From positions 608,001 to 672,000 of the forward strand of contig CAWGJT010000005.1 of the NCBI GenBank assembly GCA_963822965.1: 64,000 bases of DNA, in the 5' to 3' direction. Positions 1 to 13,404 of this stretch are shown in pieces. The notes beneath the pieces are model-generated. The model ran no database searches and was not told the DNA's origin. It was given only the letters and a program-made list of their open reading frames with translations. Both the position numbers and the translations under genes were made by a program. Origin of the DNA: an uncultured delta proteobacterium. GTDB lineage: Bacteria > Myxococcota_A > UBA9160 > UBA4427. Position 1 is the stretch's first letter; each line of letters opens with the position of its first letter.

Positions 1-824
1 GATCCTGCAGGCGGGCAGCGATGAGCAGAAGCAGCAGTACCTGCCGAAGCTCGCGTCCGGCGAGGCCATCGGCACCTTCGCCCTCGCCGAGAAGCCCGGG
101 CAGAACGCGGCCGAGGGCGTCGAGGCCACCTTCCAGGGCGGCAAGCTCTCGGGCACGAAGCTGCCGGTACCCGACGGCGACGTGGCGAGCTTCGCGGTGG
201 TCGCCGCGAAGGAGGGCGGCGGCGTGAGCCTGGTGCTGGTGGATCTCGAGGGCGACGGCGTGAAGCGCACCCCCGTCGGCTCGTTCGATCCGTCCCGCTC
301 GCTGGCGGAGATCCGCTTCGAGGGCGCACCCGCGACGCGGCTCGGCGACGCCGGTCAGGGCGCGGCCCTGGCCGACCGGGTTCTCGACCGCGCGGCCGTG
401 CTCGTGGCCTTCGAGCAGCTCGGCGGCGCCGAGCGCGCCTTCGAGATCACCAAGGAGTTCATGAACGGCCGCTACGCGTTCGGCCGCCCGATCTCCTCGT
501 TCCAGGCCCTCAAGCACCGCCTGGCCGACCTGTGGTGCGAGATCCAGCTCACGCGGTCGAACTGCTACTACGGCGCCTGGGCGCTCAGCAACGACGCGCC
601 GGAGCTGGGCGATCGCGGCCTGCATCTCGCGCATCGCCGCCTGCAAGGCCTTCGACCTGGCGGGCGTCGAGATGATCCAGCTGCACGGCGGCGTCGGCTA
701 CACCTGGGAGTACGACTGCCACCTCTTCTACCGGCGGGCGAAGCTGCTCTCGGTGCTGCTCGGCAATCCCGCGCACTGGAAGGACAAGCTGGTCGAGCGG
801 CTTCGCGCCAAGCAGGCCGCCTGA
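1..824 (+). CDS. acyl-CoA dehydrogenase, 5'-truncated by the window edge, one frameshift near 610
   Basis: Reads QKQQYLPKLASGE...R(Y)AFGRPISSFQALKHRLADL; the shifted frame gives IQLHGGVGYTWEYDCHLFYRRA; TGA at 822-824. Confidence 0.9.
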
Positions 825-911
825 GCGCGGTCGCCCGTCTCTCTCGCACCCACCGCGCGCGCCGCGCGCCCAGCCCGTCGATCCCCTGGGATCGATCACG
901 AGAGAGACGAC

Positions 912-2170
912 ATGGATTTCAACGACACCCCCGAAGAAGCCGCCTTCCGCGCCGAGGCGCGAGCCTGGCTGCAGGCCAACGCCAAGCCCAAGCAGGACCC
1001 CGACGACGCCGGGCGAGGACCTGCTCGGCGAGCGGACGAGCCCCGAGACCATCCAGGCCGCCCAGGCCTGGCAGAAGAAGAAGGCCGAGGCCGGCTGGGC
1101 CTGCATCACCTGGCCGAAGGCGTACGGCGGACGCGACGCCACTCCCGATCCAGAACGTCATCTGGGGACAGGAGGAGTCGAAGTTCGAGACGCCCCCGAA
1201 CATCTTCGGCATCGGCATCGGCATGTGCGGGCCGACGGTCCTCACCCACGGCACCGAAGAGCAGAAGAAGCGCTGGATTCCGAAGCTGCTCTCGGGCGAG
1301 GAGATCTGGTGCCAGCTCTTCAGCGAGCCGGCCGCCGGGTCGGACCTGGCCGGGCTGCGCACCACCGCCGTGAAGGACGGAGACGAGTGGGTGATCAACG
1401 GCCAGAAGATCTGGACCACCGGGCGCGCACTTCTGCGACTGGGGCATCCTCGTCGTGCGCACCGATCCGACCGTGGCCAAGCACGCCGGCCTCTCGTACT
1501 TCGTCGTCGACATGCACTCCCCGGGCATCGAGGTGCGGCCGATCACGCAGATCAACCGGGGCCAGGGCTTCAACGAGGTGTTCTTCACCGACGTGCGCAT
1601 CCCCGACGCGAACCGCCTCTCCGAGGTCGGGCAACGGCTGGGCGGTCGCGATCACGACGCTGATGAACGAGCGCGCCTCGATCGGCGGCGGCGGCGATCG
1701 GGCGGCGGCGTCGAAGACCTGATCGCGCATGGCCGAGCAGACCGAGATCGGACGGCCGCCCGGCGATCGAGGACTCGGCGGTGCGCGAGAAGATCGCCGA
1801 CCTCTACACCCGCAGCCGCGGCGTGCAGTACACCGGCTACCGCACCCTGACGGCGCTCTCCCGGGGCACCACGCCCGGCCCGGAGTCGAGCCTCGGCAAG
1901 CTCGTGGGCGCGGCGCTGGCCCAGGACATGGCGGCGTTCGGGATCGAGCTCGGGGGCGTCTGCGGCGGCACCCTCGACCGCAGAGGTGACGCCCGGCGAC
2001 GGCGATGCTGGCAGGACATGTACCTGGCGATCCCCGGACTCCGCATCGCGGGCGGCACCGACGAGATCCTGCGCAACATCATCGCCGAGCGCGTTCTGGG
2101 TCTCCCGCCGGAGACGCGCGCCGACAAGGGGATCGCGTTCAAGGACGTTCCCACGGGACCCAGCAAGTGA
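912..2170 (+). CDS. acyl-CoA dehydrogenase with several frameshifts
   Basis: Pieces in different frames: MDFNDTPEEAAFRAEAR, WCQLFSEPAAGSDLA, NGQKIWT, FNEVFFTDVRIP, IAGGTDEILRNIIAERVLGLP. Confidence 0.9.
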
Positions 2171-2509
2171 GCCGCTGAAGCCCGCCCTGGCTGGCGGCGC
2201 TCTCTTCGGGGCCCGGGTCGCGCGAGCGGTCCGGGCCCTCGACGTTTCGGGGCCCGCCGCCGGGGCTTCACCGATCCGGCCGGACGGTCGAAACGTCCGG
2301 GCATGACGGGGCTCCGGCGCGTGGATTCGAAGGCTCGGGCGTCCCGCCGCGCGGCGACGGGCGGCGTGCGCGCGACGCGCGCGGCACGAATCGCGCCGGC
2401 GCTGCGTCGGTCGGCGCACGCGAAGGCGTTGCCACCCGTCCGGAAAGAGGCGACGATCTGAGCGCCGCCGGCCGGCGGGCGCCGTAGAGACGAGGACGGC
2501 CAGCGATCC

Positions 2510-4294
2510 ATGGACGAGCAAGCGATCGACGTCGACGGCTACCGGATCAAGCGCACCCTGGGCAAGGGGGGCATGGCCACCGTCTACCTCGCGGTCCAGG
2601 AGAGCTTCGACCGCGAGGTCGCCCTCAAGGTGATGGCGCCCCACCTGGTGGCGGACAGCACCTTCGCCGAGCGCTTCCTCCGGGAAGCGCGGATCGTCGC
2701 CCACCTGGCCCACCCGCACATCGTCTCGGTCTACACGGCGGGCGTCTCCAACGGCAACTACTTCCTGGCGATGGAGCTCCACACCGGCGGAGACCTCGCG
2801 TCCAAGATCGCCGGCGGCATCGACCACGCCCAGGCGATCGACATCCTGCGCCAGATCGGCGGCGCGCTGAACTACGCGCACGCGCGCGGCTACGTCCACC
2901 GCGACATCAAGCCGGGCAACGTCCTCTTCAGCCACCACGGTCACGTGGTGCTCACGGACTTCGGCATCGCCAAGGCCGCCGACTCGTCCACCGACCTCAC
3001 CCAGGTGAAGCGGGTGGTCGGCGAGAGCGAGATGACCAAGGAGGGCTCGATCGTCGGCACGCCGAGCTACATGAGCCCCGAGCAGGCACGGGGCCAGGCG
3101 GTCGACGGACGCTCGGACATCTACAGCCTGGGGATCATGCTCTTCGAGATGCTGACCCGGCGGGTGCCGTACCAGTCGCCGGATCCGTTCGCCGTGGCGA
3201 TCATGCACATCAACGAGCCGATCCCGCAGCTGCCCCCGGAGCACGCGGTCTTCCAGCCGCTGCTCGAGAAGCTGCTGGCCAAGGATCCGAACGACCGCTT
3301 CCAGACCGGCGCCGAGCTGATCGAGGCCCTGGAGGCCCTCACGCGCAAGATCGACACGCCCGCCCCCGCCCCGGAGGAGCTGCGCACGATGATCGTGCGG
3401 CCCGGGGACGTGCCGGAGAGCGCGCGGCCGCCGGGCGGTCGCGGCCGGCAGATCGCGGGCGTGGCGGCCGGCGTGGCCTGTGCGGCCGCGGCCGGCCTCT
3501 ACTTCGCATTCGCGCCGACCCCGGTGAAGGACGAGAGCGTCGTACCCGACGGATCCGGCACGCCCACGCAGGTCCCCGCGAGCGGAGACGAAGCCTCCGG
3601 CAGCGCCCCGACTGCCAGCGGAGAGAGCGACGGCCCCGAGAGTCAGCTGGCGGCCCGGGAGATCGCGCAGCTCCTCGAAGAGGCCCAGCAGGCGATCCGG
3701 CAGAACCACCTCAGCTCGCCGCCGGGAGACAACGCGCTGGAGAAGTACCAGAAGATCTTCGAGCTCGACCCGGGCAACCGGGCCGCGCGCGAGGGCCAGG
3801 TGCAGGTGGCGGACCGCTACCTCGAGCTCGCCAAGGATGCGGTCCGCGACCGCCGGGTGGACAGCGCCCGGCGCTACGTCGACAAGGTGGCGGAGTTCGC
3901 GCCGGCCCACCCCGAGCTCGCCGCCACCCAACAGCTCGTCGCCAACGCGGAGAAACGCGGTCCGTCGGGGCGCAACGAGCTTCGCATCCTGGGTCTGCTC
4001 GGGCAGGCGCGGATCGCGCTGTCCGAGGACCACCTGACGACGCCCAAGGGAGAGAGCGCGTACGACAAGTACACGGCCGTCCTGAAGCTCGATCCCAACC
4101 ACCAGCAGGCCCTCGAGGGCATCCAGCGGGTGGCGAGCCGCTACCTGGATCTCGCGAAGGCGGAGGTGGAGCGGGGCAACTTCGACCAGGCGGCCGAGTA
4201 TCTGAGCAAGGCGGAGAGGGTCTCCCCCGGCCACCCCGGTCTCGCCCGGGCCCGCGCCTCGGCGCGGGAGGCGCGCCTGGCCGCCGGCGGCTGA
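2510..4294 (+). CDS. Hanks-type Ser/Thr protein kinase with a transmembrane segment and TPR-like C-terminus
   Basis: GKGGMATV, VALK, HRDIKPGN, DFG, GTPSYMSPEQ, DIYSLG; hydrophobic segment; duplicated helical C-terminal unit. Confidence 0.95.
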   Translation: MDEQAIDVDGYRIKRTLGKGGMATVYLAVQESFDREVALKVMAPHLVADSTFAERFLREARIVAHLAHPHIVSVYTAGVSNGNYFLAMELHTGGDLASKIAGGIDHAQAIDILRQIGGALNYAHARGYVHRDIKPGNVLFSHHGHVVLTDFGIAKAADSSTDLTQVKRVVGESEMTKEGSIVGTPSYMSPEQARGQAVDGRSDIYSLGIMLFEMLTRRVPYQSPDPFAVAIMHINEPIPQLPPEHAVFQPLLEKLLAKDPNDRFQTGAELIEALEALTRKIDTPAPAPEELRTMIVRPGDVPESARPPGGRGRQIAGVAAGVACAAAAGLYFAFAPTPVKDESVVPDGSGTPTQVPASGDEASGSAPTASGESDGPESQLAAREIAQLLEEAQQAIRQNHLSSPPGDNALEKYQKIFELDPGNRAAREGQVQVADRYLELAKDAVRDRRVDSARRYVDKVAEFAPAHPELAATQQLVANAEKRGPSGRNELRILGLLGQARIALSEDHLTTPKGESAYDKYTAVLKLDPNHQQALEGIQRVASRYLDLAKAEVERGNFDQAAEYLSKAERVSPGHPGLARARASAREARLAAGG

Positions 4295-4358
4295 GCCCCC
4301 GATCTCGCGTGGGGACGACCGCGAGGCGGAAGTCCCGTCCACGCGCCGGCGGGACCGG

Positions 4359-6378
4359 CTACTGGCCGAACCCCGCCGCCACGACCGCGTTCCGCAGGTT
4401 CTCCCGCAGCTCGCTCGAGTCCTTGTTCTTGCGGTCCGTGAGCACCGCCGCGTAGGCGTACTGCTGGGATGCGTCGATGTAGTTGCCCTCGCGCACGTAG
4501 CGATCGGCGTCCGCCTGGTACTGCAGCTCGGGGTTCACGAGCACCTCGGCGAGCTTCTTGCCGATGGCCGCGGAGACCTCCTCGGCGAGCTGGTCCAGGA
4601 TCTCCACGTCGCTGGGCAGGTTCGCCACCTGGGGCTCCTGCTTGAAGTCCCCCATGTCCAGGCCCGGCGCGTCGACTCCCTCGAGCTCCTGCTTGGTGCG
4701 CTGGGTGTCTGCGAACAGCACCTTGGCCGAGTTCGCGTCGATCACGCGGTACGAGACCGAGAACACGCCCACCTTGCGGTGATAGACCGTCGGGATCTCC
4801 AGGTCCTCCGTCCGCTCTCGCTGGATCGTGCGGGCCGGCTCGATCTCCAGACCGGCGCGCTCCCGCTCCTTGTTGTTCATCCCGTTCCAGCGGTCCCAGT
4901 CCGGGTTCGGGACCGTCTCGGTGCCGGTCACGACGCGCTTGCGCTGGTTGAGCGAGCGCTCCGACGAGTCGACCTTGGCCTCCAGGATGTTGCCCTGCAC
5001 CAGGTAGTCGACCGCCACCAGGGCGTCGGCGTCGCCCGAGAGGCCCTTCTCCCGCTCGATCTCCTCGAGCTTCTCCCGCTCGATGATGCCCACGTCCTCG
5101 GACAGGTTCTCGTGCAGGTACTGGACGATCTTGGCGGTCACCGTGTTGCCGAACTCCGAGCCGCCGCGGTGCTGGTCGTCGAAGGGTGCCGCGGTGACCC
5201 GCTTCTGGGCCTTCTGCAGCACCTTCTCCCGGGTCTCGCGCAGCTCGCGCCGCAGGGCCGGCGATATCGGACTGCAGCTCCTGGATGACGTTCAGGTACC
5301 CCCAGGCGAGGCCGTAGAGCTCCTGCTTCCGCGCCTTCTCGTAGCGGCGATGCATCTCGTCGACGAAGGGCTGCTCCTGGGCGAGGTTCTCCGGGATTCG
5401 CCAGCCCGAGACGGGTGCGGATGTCCCGGGCCTGGGTGAAGTAGCGGAACGCGCGGTCGCAGTTCTTGGCGCGCGTGGCGTCGGCGCCGAGGGTCACGAA
5501 GTACTGGGCCATCGCATCGCCCGACTCCTCGAGACGCGGACGCAGCTTGTCGAACTTCGGCGACTCCGAGAGGGTGACGAGGGCCTGGTAGGCGTCGTCC
5601 GGCTTCTCCTTGGCGAGCGCGTCGTAGAAGCGCTGCTCGAAGAGCTTCACGTCCACCTCGGCGAGCTTGCCCTCGATGGCGGCGTCCCCGCCCTCGACCG
5701 AGGCGACGATGTTCAGCATGCGCTGGGCGTCGGAGTAGTCCTCAGCCTCGATCGCCTTCGTCGCCTGCTCGCGCAGCTGCGCCAGGATGGCGGTCCGCTT
5801 GGCGTCGTACTCCTTCTTCTCGTCCTGCCCGGACCGTAGAGTGCGCCGAGCTCGTCGTAGAGCGCGAGCTTCTGGTCCGCCTGCTCGTCGCCGAGCTTCT
5901 CGAGGGCGGCCTCCTTCTCGGCGATCGCATCCTGCGTCTTCTGCTCGCCGTCGGAGACCATGCTGGACACGCGCTGGAAGGTGGCGGGGTCCCACCGCTT
6001 GATCTTCTTGAGGCGGTCCTGCTGGGCGTCGTAGACCTTGACGGGCGCGAGACCCGAGGGCAGCGCGCTGCCCTCGACGGCGGCCTGGATCTCCTTCTCG
6101 GCCTGCTGGGCCAGGGTGCGCCCCGCCTCGGCGAGGCGAAGCTCCATGCTCTGTCGCTGGGTTTCGCCGAGGGACGGGTCCTTCAGGTCCGTCTGGATCT
6201 GGTCGTACAGCGTCTCGAGATTGCCCGCCGACGCCGCCTGCTGGAGGTCGGCCGCGGTGTACTTCTCGGGCGGGGCCGCACAGCCCGCCAGCAGAACCAC
6301 GCCGGCGAGCAACGGCGGAATCGTGCGAACGAGCGGTCCGACGGCCCGACCGCGCCGGAAGCGGGGCAGTCGGGGCAA
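4359..6378 (-). CDS. large putative lipoprotein with helical/TPR-like region, frameshifted
   Basis: Lipobox LLAGC in ORF 5713-6378; coding-like sequence continues through ORFs 5138-6574 and 4359-5222; start uncertain (ATG at 6415 in another frame). Confidence 0.65.
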
Positions 6379-6422
6379 GCGGAGAGAGTGGGCGCAGATG
6401 TTCCAATCGCTTCATGTCGTTT

Positions 6423-8259
6423 TCACCGGGATGCCTGATTGCGGGGTCCAGATAAGGGTTGCGGGGTCCAGATAAGGGTTGCGGGTCCCGAAAAATCGGA
6501 CGCCTCGACGCTTTCGGCCGGCATGATAGCCAGTATCGGCCTGAGTACCGGGAAGCATGATCCGGTTCCGCCATGGGGGCTCCCCCCCAGAGTGCGGGAC
6601 CCGAAGGCCGCTCGGCCCAGACAGCCCATGACGAGCAGGGACTGGGCCGACCGCGCGCCGTCGATCGCGGCGCTCATGATTCCCCCCGCGTGGCCGGCCC
6701 CTTCGCCCACCGGATACAGGTTCGAGAATCCCCGGGCGCGACGGCTCTCCGGGTCGCGCGGGAGGCGCACGGGTCCGGAGCTGCGCGACTCCACCCCCAC
6801 CAGCAGCCCCTCGGGTCCGGCGAAGCCCGGGATGCTGCGATCGAAGCGTCGCACCGCTCGGCGCAGTGCGTCGCGCACGCGGGCCGGCAGCAACACGTCG
6901 AGACGGCCGGGCGTCGGTACCGAGCTTGAAGCTCGACGCACCGCAGGACCCGGAGTCACGACCCGCCAGGAAGTCCGGGACGCGCTGAGCCGGCGCCGTG
7001 TAGTCGCCACCACCCGCCTCGAAGAACGCGCCCTCCATGGCTTCCTGGAAGCGGACACCGTCGAAGGGTCGATGGCCGAACTCGGCCGGACCGAGGGTCA
7101 CGACGAGGGCCGCGTTCGCCCAGGGCGACGAGTGGCGCGAGTTGCTCATGCCGTTCGTGCACAGCAGACCCGGGCACGTTCACGCTGGCGACGATCTGGC
7201 CGCCCGGGACACATGCAGAAGCTGTGGGCGGCCGGCAGGCCGTCGCCCGCCTTGCAGACCAGGCCGTAGTAGGCCGGCCCGAGCAGCCCTGCCTCGGGGC
7301 TCTCCCCGTGTCGGGCGCGGGTCACGAGCGCCTGGGGATGCTCGACGCGCACGCCGAACTGGAAGGGCTTTGCGGCCGCGACCAGGCCCTGCCCGACCAG
7401 CTCCGCGAGGGTGTCCCGCGCGCTGTGACCCGGCGCCAGGATCACCGCATCGCACGCGATCTCGCCGGCGCGACGTGCGCAGGGCGGTGATGCGCGCCGG
7501 ATCGCCGGCCCTTCGCCAGCCATCGACCCGGGTGTGCCAGTGGAAGCGCACGCCCTGCCCTTCGAGCTGCGCGCGCAGGCGGGGCAGGATGCGATGCAGG
7601 CGATCGGTTCCGATGTGCGCGCGGCTGTCGACCGCGATGTCGGCTGGCGCCCCCGCCGCGATCAGCTCCTCGAGGACGGGGACCTCCAGGGGATGATCGA
7701 TGCGCGTGTAGAGCTTGCCGTCGGAGTAGGTCCCGGCGCCACCCTCGCCGAAGAGCAGGTTGCTCTCGGGATCGAGGACGCGGGCTCGCTGGAAGCGTGC
7801 CACCGCGCGGCCTCGATCCGCGAGCGGGGCGCCCCGGTCGAGCAGGTCGACCGCCACCCCGTTGCGCGCCAGGGTGAGCGCCGCGAACAGACCCGCCGGA
7901 CCACTGCCGACGACCGCCACCCGGGCGCCCGCCAGAGAGGGATGCCGGACCGCGACCGTGAGAGAGCCGGAAGCCGGGCACGGCACCACGCGGCCGGCGC
8001 GCACGGCCCGCTCCCAGGCCGCCGAGCGGACGCCAGCTCGCACCACCACGTCGGCCTGGAGGGCGAACCGCAGGGAGCGGTCGCCGCCGCGTCGCCGTGC
8101 GTCCAGCGAGCGGCGCGCGATCCGAAAGCCCCGGATGTCGGATTCGCTCAAGCCCACGGCCGACAGGGCGCGCGCGCGGACGTCGGACTCGGGCTCCGTG
8201 AGCCCGGCCGTGAGGTTCCGCACCCGGAAGCTCCGGTCGCCGGCCTCGTCGCTCGACAG
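6423..8259 (-). CDS. NAD(P)/FAD-dependent oxidoreductase (COG2509-like), frameshifted; both ends uncertain
   Basis: VVGSGPAGLFAA, FGEGGAGTYSDGKL, HIGTDRL, GVRVEHPQ, SFCMCPG, GEGAGHAGGIMSAAIDG. Confidence 0.85.
6441..6489. repeat. 20-bp direct tandem repeat GCGGGGTCCAGATAAGGGTT, 2 copies plus a partial
   Basis: Identical copies at 6441 and 6461, partial at 6481. Confidence 0.85.
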
Positions 8260-8395
8260 GGGAATCGTCTCCTTCGACGCGTCCCGGGGGCTCCCGCACG
8301 GACGCTTCCGGCGAGTCGGACGCGCCGGTCCGCCGGGCACAACGAGTAGCGGGCCGGCTCCAGGCCCGCTGCCGATCCGCCGAACCGTCCCGCAA

Positions 8396-8625
8396 CGCAG
8401 CCCGACCCGCGGGTCGGCTAGGGCCAGCGCACGAATCCTCCGGATTCGTCCGCTAGCAGGCCGACGGGATGACCCGGTTCGCAGCCCGACCCGCGGGTCG
8501 GCTAGGGCCAGCGCACGAATCCTCCGGATTCGTCCGCTAGCAGGCCGACGGGATGACCCGGTTCGCAGCCCGACCCGCGGGTCGGCTAGGGCCAGCGCAC
8601 GAATCCTCCGGATTCGTCCGCTAGC
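8396..8625. repeat. 84-bp palindromic (REP/BIME-like) tandem array, about 2.7 copies
   Basis: Units start at 8396, 8480 and 8564; each holds the palindrome CCGACCCGCGGGTCGG and the hairpin ACGAATCC-TCC-GGATTCGT. Confidence 0.95.
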
Positions 8626-8653
8626 CTTCCGGCCCTCGTCGGCGGGAGACCCC

Positions 8654-10415
8654 ATGGAACACAGCCGCCTCGGACCGGAGCACCGCGCGCTCAGCCTGCA
8701 CCGCATGCAGAGCGAGGTGTTCGACGTGGCGATCGTCGGCGGCGGAGTCACGGGGACGGGAGCCGCCCTCGACGCCGCCACCCGGGGCCTCACGGTGGCC
8801 CTGATCGAGCAGCGCGACTGGGCGGCGGGCACGTCGAGCCGCTCGAGCAAGCTCATCCACGGTGGGCTCCGCTACCTCGAGCAGGGCGAGATCGGCCTGG
8901 TGCGCGAGGCCCGGCGCGAGCAGAGCCTGATGCTCCGCAAGCTGTGCCCGCACCTGGTGCGGCCCGGTCCCCTTCCTGCTGCCCCTGGACCCCCGGCCCA
9001 GCCGAAGGCTCTGGCAGCGCGTCTACTACGGCACCGGGGTCCTGCTCTACGAGCTGCTCTCGGGCAAGCGGGCGCTGCCCACGCATCGCCATCACACCCG
9101 GGCGGGCGCGCTCCGGCGCTTCCCCGGGCTGCGGCCCGAGGCGCTCGCGGGCGCCATCGAGTTCTGCGACGCCCTCGTCGACGATGCGCGGCATACCCTG
9201 ACCCTGGCGCGCACGGCGGCCCGTACGGCGCGGCGCTGGCCACCAGCGTTCGCGCCGAGGGCTTCATCGACGCCGGCAGCAGCGTGACCGGCGTGCGGGC
9301 CCACTGCCTCGAGAGCGGCGAATCGATCGAGATCCGCGCCCGCCGCATCGTGAACGCCACGGGCGTCTGGACCGACGAGGTGCAGGACCTGGCCGGGCCG
9401 CGGACGCATCCACGTCCGCGCCTCGAAGGGCATCCACCTCGTGGTCCCGCGCGACCGCATCGCCGCCGATACCGGGCTGATCCTGCCCACCGCGACCAGC
9501 GTCCTCTTCGTGATCCCCTGGAAGCAGCATTGGATCGTCGGAACGACCGATACCGACTGGAATCTCGATCTCGCGCATCCGGCCGCCAGCGCCCGGGACG
9601 TCGAGTACCTGCTCGATACTTTGAATGCGGTGCTGACCACGCCGCTCACCCGGGACGACATCGAAGGCATCTACGCCGGTCTGCGGCCCCTTCTCGCCGA
9701 GGAGGAGGACGCCACCAGCCGGCTCTCCCGGGAGCACGCCGTCTCGGAATCCGTCTCGGGGCTGATCACCGTGGCAGGCGGCAAGTACACGACCTACCGC
9801 GTGATGGCGCGCGACACCATCGATCTCGTGGCGAGCGCGCTTCCCGGAAAGGTTCCTCCCTGCTGCACGGACCGGATCCCCTGCTCGGCGCGGACGGCTG
9901 GCCGGGCGCCTGGAACCGGCGCGAGGTCTCCGCCCGGGAGAGCGGCCTGCACGTGGGCCAGGTGGAGCACCTGCTCTCCCGATACGGCTCGCTCGCGAGC
10001 GAGCTGCTGGATGCTGATCGCGGGCAGACCCGAGCTCGGCAGCGCCCTCGAGGGCGCGCCCGCCTATCTCGCCGGCGGAGATCGTCCACGCCGCCTCCCA
10101 CGAAGTCGGCGCTGCATCTCGAGGACGTGCTGACGCGGCGCACCCGCATCTCCGTCGAGACCTTCGACCGGGGGCTCGCGCGCGGCGCCCGCGGCGGCGC
10201 GCTGGATGGCGACGGTGCTCGGCTGGGACGAGGCGACCGTGCAGCGCGAGCTGCGCCACTACCAGCTGCGGGTCGAGGCGGAGCGAGACTCCCAGGAGCA
10301 GCTCGACGACCTCAGCGCGGACGCCCACCGGCTGGGCGCGCCGGACGTGCGCATGGGCGACCTGCGGCGCGCGCCGGTGGTGCAGCGGCGGGCGTCGCCT
10401 TGCGCGCGCCGCTGA
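8654..10415 (+). CDS. glpD: FAD-dependent glycerol-3-phosphate dehydrogenase, frameshifted
   Basis: IVGGGVTGTG, GTSSRSSKLIHGGLRYL, IVGTTD, YAGLRPL, VAGGKYTTYRVMA, LEDVLTRRTRI. Confidence 0.93.
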
Positions 10416-10433
10416 GAGCCCGAGCGGGCGGCG

Positions 10434-11093
10434 CTAACGCAGGGCCCGCCAGCCGGCCACGGTCTGCGCGGCGATGCGGGCGTCGATCTGGCGGGCGCCC
10501 CGGCGCTGTCCCTCGCGCAGCAGCGCTTCGCACACCTCGTTCACGCGGCGGGGCACGCCGCGGGTGTGGCGATGGACGACGAGACAGGCCGTCTCGCTGA
10601 AGATCGGCGCCCGGCTGCCCGCGTGCTCGATGCGCTTGCGCACGTAGCCGTGGATCTCTCCGGGCGAGAGCGGGCCGTGGTCCCGGCACAGCGCGCGGCG
10701 CTCCACCAGCCACTTCCACAGGGGAGCGACGCGGGGTCGGCCCCACCCGCGGTGCGCGCGAAGACCACCGCCTGCACCAGCCGCTCGCGGGCGGGCCCGC
10801 GCAGATCCAGCAGCTCGTCGAGGTGCGAGCAGCAGCTCGACCGGCGCCCGCTCCGCGGCGTCCAGCACCAGCACGACGCGGTCCCCGTGGCGGCGCGCCG
10901 CGAGCAGCGAGTCGCGGCACAGGCCCCGGTCGAGCACGAGCTGGTCGGCGATGGACAGGCGGAGCTCGGCCCACGACCGGCACGGATCCTTCAGCCGGGC
11001 GACCCGACAGTGCGACGCCAGCCGCCCCGGCAGCACCCGCGCCGCGCTCGACCGGCCGATGCCCGCGTCCCCGGTGATGCACAGGAGCGGCAC
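10434..11093 (-). CDS. ExeA/GspA-like AAA domain protein with degenerate Walker motifs
   Basis: [18 protein letters not shown] and the ExeA-type tail [25 protein letters not shown]; internal frameshifts likely; start uncertain. Confidence 0.65.
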   Translation of the reverse strand: MPLLCITGDAGIGRSSAARVLPGRLASHCRVARLKDPCRSWAELRLSIADQLVLDRGLCRDSLLAARRHGDRVVLVLDAAERAPVELLLAPRRAAGSARARPRAAGAGGGLRAHRGWGRPRVAPLWKWLVERRALCRDHGPLSPGEIHGYVRKRIEHAGSRAPIFSETACLVVHRHTRGVPRRVNEVCEALLREGQRRGARQIDARIAAQTVAGWRALR

Positions 11094-11672
11094 GTCGGCC
11101 TCGATGCGGCGGACGACCCAATCGAGGGTGTCGCGCAGGGGATGCGTCGCGAGGACCGGGCCCCGCCCGGGCGTACGTCGAAGGCGGCTTGCTTAGTGCG
11201 TAGAATTCGAGATGGTTCGGCAATGATTGCGCTCCAGCACCCCTTCCCCGGCTGCGGCAGTGATCGGAATCTGCAAGCTCCGGACCATGCGGTCGAATCG
11301 CGCCGGCAAGGGTGCGTCATCGAAAGGATTTTTCGGCGACCGGGCCGCCCGCCGTCTCGGGCCGGACGACGACCGTCACCGGGCGGCCATGGGAAGCGCG
11401 CTTCCCCCTGTGAAGGAGATTGCGGGGTGCGCCCCTCGACCCCCGGCTCCGGCACCGGCGCCGGCGGGGGTCGGGTCGGGTCCGCACACAGGGTCCCCGG
11501 GCGCCGCGGATCGTTCCCAATTCGGCGCGATCGCGCCAGATCCTATCTCGCATGCGCTAATCCTGCGACATCATCTCGTTCTCGCGCTTCACTGCGCCGA
11601 TCGACGGCCCCCGCTGCGCCAGCGACGCGGGCGCTTCCCGCCTGGAGACCGCCCGACCTTGGAGGAGAACCG

Positions 11673-13377
<1,705 letters not shown>

Positions 13378-13404
13378 CACCGTGCCGGGCCGGGGATCCG
13401 CGGG

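Noticed and set aside
7760..10600. 946-aa ORF extending glpD upstream
   Set aside because: The upstream part is the antisense of the FAD oxidoreductase plus the 84-bp repeat; glpD starts at ATG 8654.
11500..11672. Sigma54 promoter or NtrC site upstream of amtB
   Set aside because: No convincing TGGCAC-N5-TTGC or TGCAC-N7-GTGCA match found.
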